Positions 40,295 through 49,983 of a stretch of 59,553 bases of DNA are shown in pieces (the first letter of the stretch is position 1; each line of letters begins with the position of its first letter). This DNA comes from Christensenella sp. UBA1242. GTDB taxonomy: Bacteria; Bacillota; Clostridia; Christensenellales; UBA1242. Location of the stretch: contig DBWI01000028.1 in assembly GCA_002308915.1 (NCBI GenBank), forward strand, positions 1-59,553. The letters are read 5' to 3'. Made by a program: the position numbers and the translations under genes. Under the pieces are notes generated by a model. That model was not told the origin of the DNA. It saw nothing but the letters and a program-made list of their open reading frames with translations, and did no database searches.

Positions 40295-40741
40295 CTATTT
40301 TTTCCTTAAATGTAAGTTAATAACTATTCCATTAACTGGATATTGCATAATTAAGTTATTATCAACGATTGCACACTCTATAGTAGTATCTTCTCCTTTT
40401 TCAAGTAATATTTTTTCATTTTCTCTTGTCCACTTATTTTCTTCATTCAAAAACACACAAATGTTATTGTTTTTGAATTCAAAATTAGTTTCTTCTCTAT
40501 TTGCATTAATATAAACAACACAATTTACATAATATTGCTCAACTTGATTATTATCCTCAACCGTAGAATCATATTGCAATGCATTTGCATCGGTAATTGT
40601 ATAATACTTTTCTTGATTATCAAATGTGTATGAATAACCAAAAATCTCCCAAGTTCCAACAACTGCATCATTATTACAACCACAAAACATAGCACCAAAT
40701 GCAATTAAAAGACAACAAATTACAGCTTTAAAAATTCTCAT
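40295..40741 (-). CDS. Small lipoprotein (lipocalin-like), partner of GLUG protein 2
   Basis: MFCGC lipobox, VVGTWEI; start MRIFK at 40741 after GAGG; paralog of 37591..38067. Confidence 0.7.
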   Translation of the reverse strand: MRIFKAVICCLLIAFGAMFCGCNNDAVVGTWEIFGYSYTFDNQEKYYTITDANALQYDSTVEDNNQVEQYYVNCVVYINANREETNFEFKNNNICVFLNEENKWTRENEKILLEKGEDTTIECAIVDNNLIMQYPVNGIVINLHLRKK

Positions 40742-40748
40742 ATACGCC

Positions 40749-42713
40749 TCACCAATATAGTCCTTTAAGATATGGATCTCCACCATTTATATTGCTATCT
40801 TGAGCAAATTTAGAAACAGAATTCCATTGATTAAGTCCGTAAGTGCTAATTCCTTCTGTGCCATTACTTGTAAATGTTGTAGATGAAAATCCCGTATAAA
40901 TTGTATAATATGTAACTTCTGACTTATCTTTAATGTATTCACTATAATATTGTGCACTAAGTTTAATATTACTAATGCCCCTTGCATCAATATTATGATA
41001 TGTATTGAAGTCAGCTCCATCAAAACCCTTATGAACATACCAACTACTATTCTTTGCTTGATCCATATTTAATGGTGCAGAATTTTTTGTCCATGAATAC
41101 AAATACATTCCCGTTCTAACTGTACCTTTGTCTCCTGTGTACGTTTGACTAGCAGAAAATGATCTACTCTTACTTATTTTTACATCAGATGAATAATAGG
41201 AATAATTTGTTGATCCACTACTACAAATATTTGCACAAGAATAACTTTCTGTGTAATGTATATCCTGATGAATTAAAAGACGATATTCACTATTTGCTTT
41301 CCATTTGAAATATAAATCATAATACTTTACTTTTTCTGTTCGGTTTCCACTTACTGTTCCTTTGTTATAACAACTTGTTACAGTTGAATCACATTTACCT
41401 GCAACTCCAGCAACATAGTTATCATAGTATGTGTAATAATAATATGACTTATAAGTTGAAGTCTTGTATTTCCCTGCGCCTTTTGAATCTGTGTATGTAC
41501 CACTTGTAATATAGAGAGTATAAGCCCAGAAATAACCAACCCCACTAGCAAATTGTTTTGCAGTTGAACCAAGTGTTGAATATTCAGTTTTTGCAGATGT
41601 TTTTTGAGTAGCATATCCTGTTACATAGCCCTTGTTATAACAATAAGAAACCCCCTTTGTACAATAACCAACAACTCCACCAACATATGCCGCATTAGCA
41701 TAGCAAGAACCGTAGCCGCTAGCATAGAAATAGCCACCCGAAACCGAGCCATAGTTACCACACTCACTAACAGCAACAGAAGAATGTCCAACAATTCCAC
41801 CGATTCTTATATCACTAATATCTGCTTTTTTTGATGAAGTAGAAAAATATCCATCAACACTACCCCAGTTTAAGCACAATGTTAAAGTAGCACTGCTTTC
41901 ATTTTCACCAACAATTCCACCTAGTCTTGGATAAGTGTTATCATAAGGATATGATATGCTTCCATAATTATAGCAATTGGTTATTTTGCCATTTGATACA
42001 CCAGCTATTCCACCTAAAAACTTACCAGTTTGGACAGAAGCACGATTTGTACATTCTGTAATTGTCCCTTTGTTATATCCACAAATACCACCAACTCGTC
42101 TGTCATTATTGTTTGAGTATGTGTTACCTTTGATTGTTCCACTTAAAACTGTGACATTATCAATAGTTCCACTATTATAACCACAAACTGCTCCTGTACC
42201 ACTTGCAGCACCATCTGTTTTGGAATTTGTTACATTAACATTTTCAAAATACAAATTTTTTATTGTTCCATAATTTATTGCAACCAAACCAATATAGTTA
42301 CCATTATTACTAATTGTTAAATTTTTAATAGTAAATGACATTCCATCAAGTGTATTTGAATTATTTTTTGGTGACCATGATCTTCCACTAAGATCAATGT
42401 TGCCTGCCAACTTGTAACTAGAAGCCTTAAAATATGTAGTATGATCATCTGCATGAACATTCTCTTCTGACTGCATTGCAAAGAAACCAGCAAGTTGCTC
42501 TGGGGTTGAAATTAAATTTGTTACAACTTCTTCACCATTGTCATCAACCATAGTTTCTTGCTCAAAGTCAAATGTGGCATAATCTTGCCAAGTTTCAACT
42601 TTGTATCCATTGCTTGATGTTATAAGTGATAGTGAAAGCATTAAAAACAATATTGTTGATATACAATATACAAATGATAGAATACCAACTTTTTTATTCT
42701 TTCTATAAATCAT
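40749..42713 (-). CDS. Exported GLUG-motif protein, paralog 2
   Basis: WQDYATFDFEQE...ISTPEQLAG N-terminus; GGIVG repeats; ends DPYLKGLYW. Confidence 0.78.
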   Translation of the reverse strand: MIYRKNKKVGILSFVYCISTILFLMLSLSLITSSNGYKVETWQDYATFDFEQETMVDDNGEEVVTNLISTPEQLAGFFAMQSEENVHADDHTTYFKASSYKLAGNIDLSGRSWSPKNNSNTLDGMSFTIKNLTISNNGNYIGLVAINYGTIKNLYFENVNVTNSKTDGAASGTGAVCGYNSGTIDNVTVLSGTIKGNTYSNNNDRRVGGICGYNKGTITECTNRASVQTGKFLGGIAGVSNGKITNCYNYGSISYPYDNTYPRLGGIVGENESSATLTLCLNWGSVDGYFSTSSKKADISDIRIGGIVGHSSVAVSECGNYGSVSGGYFYASGYGSCYANAAYVGGVVGYCTKGVSYCYNKGYVTGYATQKTSAKTEYSTLGSTAKQFASGVGYFWAYTLYITSGTYTDSKGAGKYKTSTYKSYYYYTYYDNYVAGVAGKCDSTVTSCYNKGTVSGNRTEKVKYYDLYFKWKANSEYRLLIHQDIHYTESYSCANICSSGSTNYSYYSSDVKISKSRSFSASQTYTGDKGTVRTGMYLYSWTKNSAPLNMDQAKNSSWYVHKGFDGADFNTYHNIDARGISNIKLSAQYYSEYIKDKSEVTYYTIYTGFSSTTFTSNGTEGISTYGLNQWNSVSKFAQDSNINGGDPYLKGLYW

Positions 42714-42716
42714 ATC

Positions 42717-42775
42717 ACACCTCCCACTTATTCTTTTTCAATTATATGTTAACATATAATTTGAAAACTATCAAG
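42717..42775 (-). promoter_or_regulatory. Promoter/RBS block with a palindrome over the -10, duplicated at 44851
   Basis: TTGATA-17-TAACAT; perfect 20-bp palindrome ATTATATGTTAACATATAAT; GGGAGG RBS. Confidence 0.6.
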
Positions 42776-42918
42776 CAAAAAATTATTTTTTTAGACAAAT
42801 TTTTACTAAATATATATTGTAATACAATAACAACCACTATATATAGTTGTTTTATATTAACTGCCTTAATATTCAAAAATTTTTAAAATAAAAATGTGGT
42901 TCTTATAAACCACTTTTT

Positions 42919-44847
42919 TTACCAGTACATTCCAACAATATATGGGTAGCCATCATTTCTACTTGAATCAGTTTTACTCCAATACCCACTACTTAAATTG
43001 ATATTAGCTTTTGAAACAATTGAACCTGTTTGTTTTTCGTCTAGGTCAAAATTTTTTGAAGTTATCCCTTTATAGGTATTATATGCATATGTATCTTTTT
43101 TACCACTATTTCTTTTTGCTTTTGATTGTATAGAATTATATGTACTTGTATCACATGAAAATGTCATCCCACTATTTTCTGTTGTACTCGATGAAGAAGT
43201 CCAACTAGTTGCAAGTGTTATATATGCACCTGAATCAAAACAAATGTATGCCTTAATACTTCTACTTTTCCCAGTCTTTGTAGTACTAGAGCATTCATAA
43301 CAATTATCAATTGTTGGAACTCTGTTTGATGCTATACCAATATCACCACAAATTGGACCGTATGTAGCACCATCTGTAATCTCATAAATGTTGCATATTA
43401 ACATTTTATATACATCGTAATCAGGCAAGAATAGATGTTGTTCCCAATCCATATATTTTGAATAAATATATACTTTCCTTACCGCTGAACCACTATTGCT
43501 TACACTTCCAGTATTATAACAATTTTTTACTGTGTTATTTGATGAACCAACTATTCCACCTGCATAAGATTGATCTACAGTAAAATTATATTTTGAATCG
43601 TACTTGGTTGTTGCATAAGTTGTATTCCCTTTATAATCACTTGAAGAAACTCTAGTGCCACTATTGATAGTTAACCATGTACCAAGAAACTGACAATATG
43701 AACTTGTGCTAAATGTTGTATAACCAGAATCAGAAGTTTTGCCTGCATATGAATAAATTGATCCTCGATTATAACAACTATCAATCACTTGCCCATCAAT
43801 AAAACCAACAATACCACCTACATATGATGCATTGGCATATTTGTATCCACTATAGAAATAACGACCACCTGAAACTTCACCATAATTACCACATTGCGAT
43901 ATTGCTACAGAAGAATGACCAACGATACCACCTATACGAATATCGTATATAGTTGGTTGTTCACTATAACAAGTATAATAACCAGTAATCGAACCCCAAT
44001 TCGCACATAATAAAAGTGATGCTCCTGATTCATTCTCTCCAACTATACCACCCATTCTTGGATAATTATTGGCTTCAGGTATGGAAATTGTTCCATAATT
44101 AAAACAATTTTCTATTTTCTTTTTTGAAACTCCTGCAATACCACCAAGAAATTTTCCACGATTGATTGTTGCATAGTTCATACAATGTGTTATTGTTCCA
44201 GCATTATATCCACAAATTCCACCAACTCTTCTATCTTCATTTAAATTATTATATACATTTCCCTTAACTGTGCCACTAAGAACTGTAACAGTATTAATTG
44301 TCCCTGAATTATATCCACATACTGCTCCAGTTCCACTCCCTTTACCATCTGTTTTGGAATTTGTTATAGATACATTTTCAAAAAATATATTTTTTATAAT
44401 ACCAGAATTTGATGAAACAAAACCAACATAATTGCCATTATTACTAATTGTCAAATTTTTAATTATATAAAAATTTCCATCAAGAGTTCTTGAATTACTT
44501 GATGGCGACCAAGACTTTCCACTTAAATCAATATTATTTTTTAATTTGTATGAATTGGAAGAAGTAAAATATGTTGTATGGTCATATGCATAAATACCAT
44601 CATTGGATTGCATTGCAAAAAATCCAGCTAGTTGTTCTGGTGTTGAAATCAAGTTCGTTACAACTTCTTCACCATTGTCATCAACAGATACTTCTTGTTC
44701 AAAATCAAAAGTTGCATAGTCTTGCCAATTTTCAATCTTGCAGCTATTTGATATTATTATAGAAAGTGCAAGCATCAAAAATACAATTGTTAACAAACAA
44801 TAAATCCATGACAAAACGCTGATTTTGTTAGTCTTTTTGTAAATCAT
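42919..44847 (-). CDS. Exported GLUG-motif protein, paralog 1
   Basis: First ~370 aa highly similar to paralog 2, then divergent; ends YPYIVGMYW. Confidence 0.78.
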   Translation of the reverse strand: MIYKKTNKISVLSWIYCLLTIVFLMLALSIIISNSCKIENWQDYATFDFEQEVSVDDNGEEVVTNLISTPEQLAGFFAMQSNDGIYAYDHTTYFTSSNSYKLKNNIDLSGKSWSPSSNSRTLDGNFYIIKNLTISNNGNYVGFVSSNSGIIKNIFFENVSITNSKTDGKGSGTGAVCGYNSGTINTVTVLSGTVKGNVYNNLNEDRRVGGICGYNAGTITHCMNYATINRGKFLGGIAGVSKKKIENCFNYGTISIPEANNYPRMGGIVGENESGASLLLCANWGSITGYYTCYSEQPTIYDIRIGGIVGHSSVAISQCGNYGEVSGGRYFYSGYKYANASYVGGIVGFIDGQVIDSCYNRGSIYSYAGKTSDSGYTTFSTSSYCQFLGTWLTINSGTRVSSSDYKGNTTYATTKYDSKYNFTVDQSYAGGIVGSSNNTVKNCYNTGSVSNSGSAVRKVYIYSKYMDWEQHLFLPDYDVYKMLICNIYEITDGATYGPICGDIGIASNRVPTIDNCYECSSTTKTGKSRSIKAYICFDSGAYITLATSWTSSSSTTENSGMTFSCDTSTYNSIQSKAKRNSGKKDTYAYNTYKGITSKNFDLDEKQTGSIVSKANINLSSGYWSKTDSSRNDGYPYIVGMYW

Positions 44848-44850
44848 GTT

Positions 44851-44910
44851 ACACCTCCCACTTATTCTTTTTCAATTATATGTTAACATATAAATTGAAA
44901 CATAGCAATA
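44851..44910 (-). promoter_or_regulatory. Second copy of the GLUG-gene promoter/RBS block
   Basis: ACACCTCCCACTTATTCTTTTTCAATTATATGTTAACATATAA identical to the copy at 42717; TTGCTA-17-TAACAT. Confidence 0.6.
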
Positions 44911-44975
44911 AAAAACTGATTTTGTAATATCATTATTTTTCTCACATAGTAAAAAAAATTGTAATAAGCAAAATA

Positions 44976-45554
44976 TTACAACTTTTTTATTAATGCTATT
45001 CCATCTGCAATATCAAAAAACTGACATTCGACTTCTTTATCATTTTTAACATATTCAATAAACTTTCTTAAATTTACAACCAAAGTTCTAAGTTTGTGTT
45101 TAACAAATTCTTGACCATTCACTAACCCATGAAAATATACATTGTCTGCAATTATGTATCCACCACTTTTAAGAAGTTTTTTTAGCCTTTCATAATATGC
45201 TAAATACTGTCCCTTGGGTCCATCAAGAAATATTAAATCATATTCGCCGTCAAGTTGTTCTATTACATTTTTTGCATCACCTAATATACAATTAACTCTG
45301 TTAGTTAAACCCATTTTTTCAAATGTTTGCTTTGCAAATTCATAACTTTTTTCATTTATCTCAATTGTTGTCAAATATCCATCACAGTTCATTAACATAA
45401 ATGAACCAGAATATCCCACAGCAGTACCTATTTCTAAGATGTTTTTGGGCTTATTATTTTTGCAAAACTCAATTAAAAAATCACGCCCATCATCTTTAAC
45501 GATGGGAGTGTAATTTTGTATTGAAATTTCTCTTAATTTATCTAAATAATCCAT
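44976..45554 (-). CDS. SAM-dependent O-methyltransferase (YrrM/TrmR-like)
   Basis: ILEIGTAVGYS, DLIFLDGPKGQY and IADNV motifs. Confidence 0.88.
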   Translation of the reverse strand: MDYLDKLREISIQNYTPIVKDDGRDFLIEFCKNNKPKNILEIGTAVGYSGSFMLMNCDGYLTTIEINEKSYEFAKQTFEKMGLTNRVNCILGDAKNVIEQLDGEYDLIFLDGPKGQYLAYYERLKKLLKSGGYIIADNVYFHGLVNGQEFVKHKLRTLVVNLRKFIEYVKNDKEVECQFFDIADGIALIKKL

Positions 45555-47503
45555 TATCCTAAAATTGCTACAGTCAAAATCATTGGTCTTCTTTTTGTAC
45601 GTCTAAAAATAAAATTGGAAAGAGTTTTTTTGACTGTATTTTTTATTTCATTTTGATCCATATCTTTTAGGTCATAACTCTTTAATAATTGACTTAAACA
45701 AGCTCTTGCATCTTGATTAAAATCATCAGCTTCATCATTGTAGACTACACCACGTGTGATAATAAATGGGTCACTTACAAGTTCACCAGTTACGCTTGAC
45801 AAGTTTACTACTGCAACACAAACACCTTCTTCTGAAAGTTGTATTCTATCTCTAAGAACTGCACTAGAAAGATCACCTACTCCAAGACCATCAACAAGTC
45901 TTAAGCCTGCTTGAACATACCCAACTTGCTTAATTGAATTTTTTGACATTTCGACTTGCATTCCAAGGTCTGGCAAAATTATATTCCTTGCATCTGTTCC
46001 CATGCTTATAGCAAGTTCTTTATGTTGTTTAAGGTGTCTATATTCACCATGGATTGGCATAAAGTGAACTGGTTTTGTTAACTTGTGTATTATCTTTATC
46101 TCTTCTTGACAAGCGTGCCCAGAAGCATGAACTTCGGCAAGTTCATCATAAATTACATCGGCACCTTTTTTGAATAATGTGTTAATTAGTCCATAAACAG
46201 ATTTTTCGTTACCAGGAATTGGTGAAGAAGACAAAATTATACAATCATTTTCACCAAGTTCAATTCCTTTAAATTCACCTGCAGCCATTCTGGAAAGTGC
46301 ACTCATTGACTCACCTTGGCTGCCTGTTGCCATAATTAAAACTTCTTTGTCATCATATTTTGAAACTTTATCAATATCAATAATATTCTCTTTGTTATAC
46401 TTTAGTTCTCCAAGTTTTGAAGCAACTTCACTAACATTAATCATACTTCTTCCAGAGAATGCAACTTTTCTCTTATATTTTTCTGCTAAATCCAAAATTT
46501 GTTGCATTCTTTGCACATTTGATGCAAAAGTTGCTACAAAAAGCCTATTATTTGGATGTTTTTCAAAAATTTCATCCATTACTCTGCCAACATTTGACTC
46601 ACTCATTGAGTAGCCTGGTCTGCAAACATTTGTGCTTTCACACATTAAAAGATTTATTCCTCTTCGACCTAATTCTGCAATACGGCTAAGGTCTGTTGTG
46701 TCACCTGTTACTGGTTCGAAATCAATCTTGAAGTCACCTGTGTGGAAAATTGTACCACAAGGTGTTGTGATTGAAAGAGCCAATGAACCTGCAATTGAAT
46801 GATTAACATGAACAAATTCAACAGCAAAATTTCCAATTTTTAATACTTGTTTTGGTTTAACTGCAACTAATTTATACTTTAATTTTGGAAATTCTTTTAA
46901 TTTGTTTTCAATTAATCCAAGTGATAATCTTGAACCGTAAATTGGCACATTTAAATCACCAAGTACAAATGGAATACTTCCAATATGGTCTTCATGTCCG
47001 TGTGTTACGATGAATGCTTTTAATTTATTCTTGTTTTGAAGCAAATATGTTATATCTGGGACAACAACATCTACACCTGGCAAATCGTCACTTGGGAAAG
47101 CCATACCACAATCCACTACTATCATCTCATCGCCATACTCAAATGCTGTCATATTTTTTCCAATTTCACCAACACCACCTAGGAATGTAATTTTTACCTT
47201 AGGTGACTTGTCTGCTTTTTTTACAATTTCTGCGTTGTCATTTGCTTTGGGTTGTTTTTGATTTTGATTGTTTGCCTTTTTAGGTTTAGGCTGAGATTGT
47301 TTTTTTGTTTGCTTTGGTTGTTGTTCATTACCATTGCTTTTTGTATTCTTATTTTTATGATTTTGTTGTTGCTTTTTGTTATCATTTTGTTTTGCAACAT
47401 TGTTTTGTTCTTTTGGTGTGTTGTTTGTCCTAACAAGAGGAGTTCCACCAATAACAGACTGTAATTGTTCTAATATTCTGTCGTCACTTGATTTTTCTTC
47501 CAT
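45554..47503 (-). CDS. rnj: Ribonuclease J
   Basis: LGGVGEIGKNM, THGHEDHIG, HTGDFK, HASGHA and PIHGEYRH motifs; ~100-aa low-complexity N-terminal extension. Confidence 0.95.
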   Translation of the reverse strand: MEEKSSDDRILEQLQSVIGGTPLVRTNNTPKEQNNVAKQNDNKKQQQNHKNKNTKSNGNEQQPKQTKKQSQPKPKKANNQNQKQPKANDNAEIVKKADKSPKVKITFLGGVGEIGKNMTAFEYGDEMIVVDCGMAFPSDDLPGVDVVVPDITYLLQNKNKLKAFIVTHGHEDHIGSIPFVLGDLNVPIYGSRLSLGLIENKLKEFPKLKYKLVAVKPKQVLKIGNFAVEFVHVNHSIAGSLALSITTPCGTIFHTGDFKIDFEPVTGDTTDLSRIAELGRRGINLLMCESTNVCRPGYSMSESNVGRVMDEIFEKHPNNRLFVATFASNVQRMQQILDLAEKYKRKVAFSGRSMINVSEVASKLGELKYNKENIIDIDKVSKYDDKEVLIMATGSQGESMSALSRMAAGEFKGIELGENDCIILSSSPIPGNEKSVYGLINTLFKKGADVIYDELAEVHASGHACQEEIKIIHKLTKPVHFMPIHGEYRHLKQHKELAISMGTDARNIILPDLGMQVEMSKNSIKQVGYVQAGLRLVDGLGVGDLSSAVLRDRIQLSEEGVCVAVVNLSSVTGELVSDPFIITRGVVYNDEADDFNQDARACLSQLLKSYDLKDMDQNEIKNTVKKTLSNFIFRRTKRRPMILTVAILG

Positions 47504-47584
47504 TATATCTCCTTTTTATACATTAAAAAATAACAAGTATATTTCACTTGTGTATATTAAAGCCTTTACCTAATTAAAAAAGTT

Positions 47585-48520
47585 TTAGATAATATCTTTT
47601 ACTTTTTTAAATTTATCGCGATGCTCAAGTTTGCGTGGAGCAACAATTGTATCTAAATCAACATAATATCTCATGCCTTGACTTTCAAAGAACATAACCA
47701 TTTCTAACATTATAACTGCAACAACTGTAAGTGGAACTAAGACAATCAAAGAATATGCAGTCATCATGAATAAAAGCATTACACCCAAAAAGAATATAAC
47801 TAATAAACTAGAAAGAACTCTTGGAAATACTCTGTAAACTGCTTTGAAAGACTTTTTGAAAGCTTTTGTTGGTAAAATATTAAAAACAACAGTTGCTGGC
47901 ATAAGTCCACTAAATAATGTTGTCATTAAAGATAACATTCCAACTATAAAGACAACCATTAAAATTGGAGAGAATACAATTATTATTCCCTCAAGTGTTG
48001 CTGAATATAATATATAATAAACACCAACAGCGAAAATTACTTTAAATGGAAACCAAATTAATGTTCTAAGAATTGAGTACAATGCACTCGTTTTTAATTT
48101 TGACACAAAATTTGCCATAAAACTTGAACGATTCAAACTTGCCATATATGAATACAAATTTTCCCCTGCTGGAACACTTGCAAGACCAAATAAAAATGGT
48201 AAAACAAATAGCACAACAACAGCAGAATAAATCAATGCAAAAGCATTGGCTGAAAACAATACGCTAAGTGAATCTGTAAAAGCGTTAAATACATAAAACA
48301 AATTTTTTAGAAATGAAGCAGCGTTTATAAAGACTGTGTTTGCAGCAAAATCAGTAAGCAATTGACCAAAATGCACACTTGAAAGAGCATCGACCCATGC
48401 ACTATATGTTGGAATTAACAACAAAGCACAAACGCCAATTGCAACAATTTTGTATAACAACAATTTCCAGAAAACTGAAAAATTAGCAACAAATAATTTA
48501 AGCGAATTTTTGAATATCAT
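47585..48520 (-). CDS. Multi-pass membrane protein of unknown function
   Basis: Six to seven hydrophobic helices; AGGAG RBS. Confidence 0.7.
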   Translation of the reverse strand: MIFKNSLKLFVANFSVFWKLLLYKIVAIGVCALLLIPTYSAWVDALSSVHFGQLLTDFAANTVFINAASFLKNLFYVFNAFTDSLSVLFSANAFALIYSAVVVLFVLPFLFGLASVPAGENLYSYMASLNRSSFMANFVSKLKTSALYSILRTLIWFPFKVIFAVGVYYILYSATLEGIIIVFSPILMVVFIVGMLSLMTTLFSGLMPATVVFNILPTKAFKKSFKAVYRVFPRVLSSLLVIFFLGVMLLFMMTAYSLIVLVPLTVVAVIMLEMVMFFESQGMRYYVDLDTIVAPRKLEHRDKFKKVKDII

Positions 48521-48617
48521 AATACTCCTGCTATCATTAAACTAAAACTAAATTGTTGTTAACATTATATGCTAATATAAAAAAAAAGACAAGTAATTTT
48601 TGCATTTATGATAAATA

Positions 48618-48657
48618 AAAAATGCCGAATAGAAATTATTCGGCATCTTTGTTTTTA
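48618..48657 (-). terminator. Terminator closing the phage-like module
   Basis: ATGCCGAATA-gaaat-TATTCGGCAT with A and T runs on both sides. Confidence 0.7.
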
Positions 48658-48777
48658 TTGTTTTCAGACTTATTTATATCATTTACACGATTTTTAAATA
48701 TAAAATTGCATATTTTTTTGATTATTTTTAGTATTTTTTCAAAAAAATTATGTTTTTTGTCATTTATATTTTCTCTA

Positions 48778-49008
48778 CTATTCATCTTTCTTTTTACCTC
48801 TTTTGTTATAAACAATAGCCTGTTTTATTTCTTCAATATCATCTTTTATTATTTCTATACTAGTCATCCTTGAAGCCAATGTCTCAATTGTGTTTTGATA
48901 TTTTTTCTCTCGTTGATTACTATCCTTAAGTCCATAAATAAGCAATGCTACAAAAAGACAAGCAAATATCCCATTGGTGATTGCTACAGAAAATACTTCA
49001 TCCCACAT
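48778..49008 (-). CDS. BhlA/UviB-like holin
   Basis: NGIFACLFVALLIY...QREKKYQNTIETL, one TM helix plus a coiled coil, typical of BhlA. Confidence 0.8.
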   Translation of the reverse strand: MWDEVFSVAITNGIFACLFVALLIYGLKDSNQREKKYQNTIETLASRMTSIEIIKDDIEEIKQAIVYNKRGKKKDE

Positions 49009-49012
49009 GTTA

Positions 49013-49906
49013 TTATTCTTCCTTTAGTGAGTTAATTATTGTTCTAAGCTTATTGAAATACTTTGCCCCAAGTTCGCTGTTAAGCGCTGTGTTAGTATTG
49101 AGTTCAACTATTGCATCACTCTTTGGTAAAGACATAAGATAATCTTTGGCATAGTTAAACTTTTCTTCTCTTTTCATTTCATCAATAGCATCTGTACCAT
49201 GCTTTGCAATGTATTCTGCATATTCCAAATTACTCTTTTGTCTTTTTTGCTCATATTCAGCTTCTTTTTGCGCTATTTGGTTATTATATTCAATCACCTT
49301 CTGTTCTTGCTCAGCCAATGACTTGTTTATTTCATCAATTTTGTTTGTAAGTTTGAGAGCATATGAAATATCAAAAGCATTTAGTGCGCTTTGTCGTTGT
49401 TCTGTCAATAAATCTTTTTGGCTATTAAGTGAACTTACTTTGCTTTGAATTTCTTCGTTAATTTTGTTAATCTCTTTAACCATATTTTTATCGAAAGCAT
49501 CCAAAATATTTATTACAATAGATGACCTTGCTAGTCCACGTTTGATTGCATCTTTTGAAGCATTGTCTTTTAAGTTTGTGTATAACTCTTTTGTCTCATC
49601 TTTTTTGTTATCAAGACTTTGTGTTTCGCTTTTTATCTTTTCATCAATCACTGTTGACTTTGTATTATAATCATCATCAATATTTTGAAGTTCACTCTTT
49701 TTGTATTCTTCAAGAGAACTATCTGCTTGTTTCTTTATCTCTTGTTCTGTTGGCATTTCAAAAGATTTCTTTTGCAATTTTATTTCATCTGTCGCTGGTT
49801 GATATTTTTTGTCTACCTCTTTGAATTGATTTAATAAATCTGAATACTTTTTTGTTTTTTCTGTTAACTTTTCAGTTTGCTCTTCTGGTATTGTATATGT
49901 GTACAT
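49013..49906 (-). CDS. Coiled-coil protein, possible internal virion/ejection protein
   Basis: K/E/Q-rich helical sequence with KRGLARSSI; position after the tail genes. Confidence 0.5.
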   Translation of the reverse strand: MYTYTIPEEQTEKLTEKTKKYSDLLNQFKEVDKKYQPATDEIKLQKKSFEMPTEQEIKKQADSSLEEYKKSELQNIDDDYNTKSTVIDEKIKSETQSLDNKKDETKELYTNLKDNASKDAIKRGLARSSIVINILDAFDKNMVKEINKINEEIQSKVSSLNSQKDLLTEQRQSALNAFDISYALKLTNKIDEINKSLAEQEQKVIEYNNQIAQKEAEYEQKRQKSNLEYAEYIAKHGTDAIDEMKREEKFNYAKDYLMSLPKSDAIVELNTNTALNSELGAKYFNKLRTIINSLKEE

Positions 49907-49983
49907 ATGTTTCCCCTCGATTTATAATAATTTATTCTTCTTTCTAGCTTATTGAAATAAGCCATCAAATTTATATCTTCCAT

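Noticed and set aside
49864-49983. 39-codon minus-strand ORF (MEDINLMAYFNKLERR...) starting right after the nozzle stop, or a frameshifted extension of the coiled-coil gene
   Set aside because: Overlaps the next gene, which has its own GAGGGG RBS; no slippery site or recognisable homology
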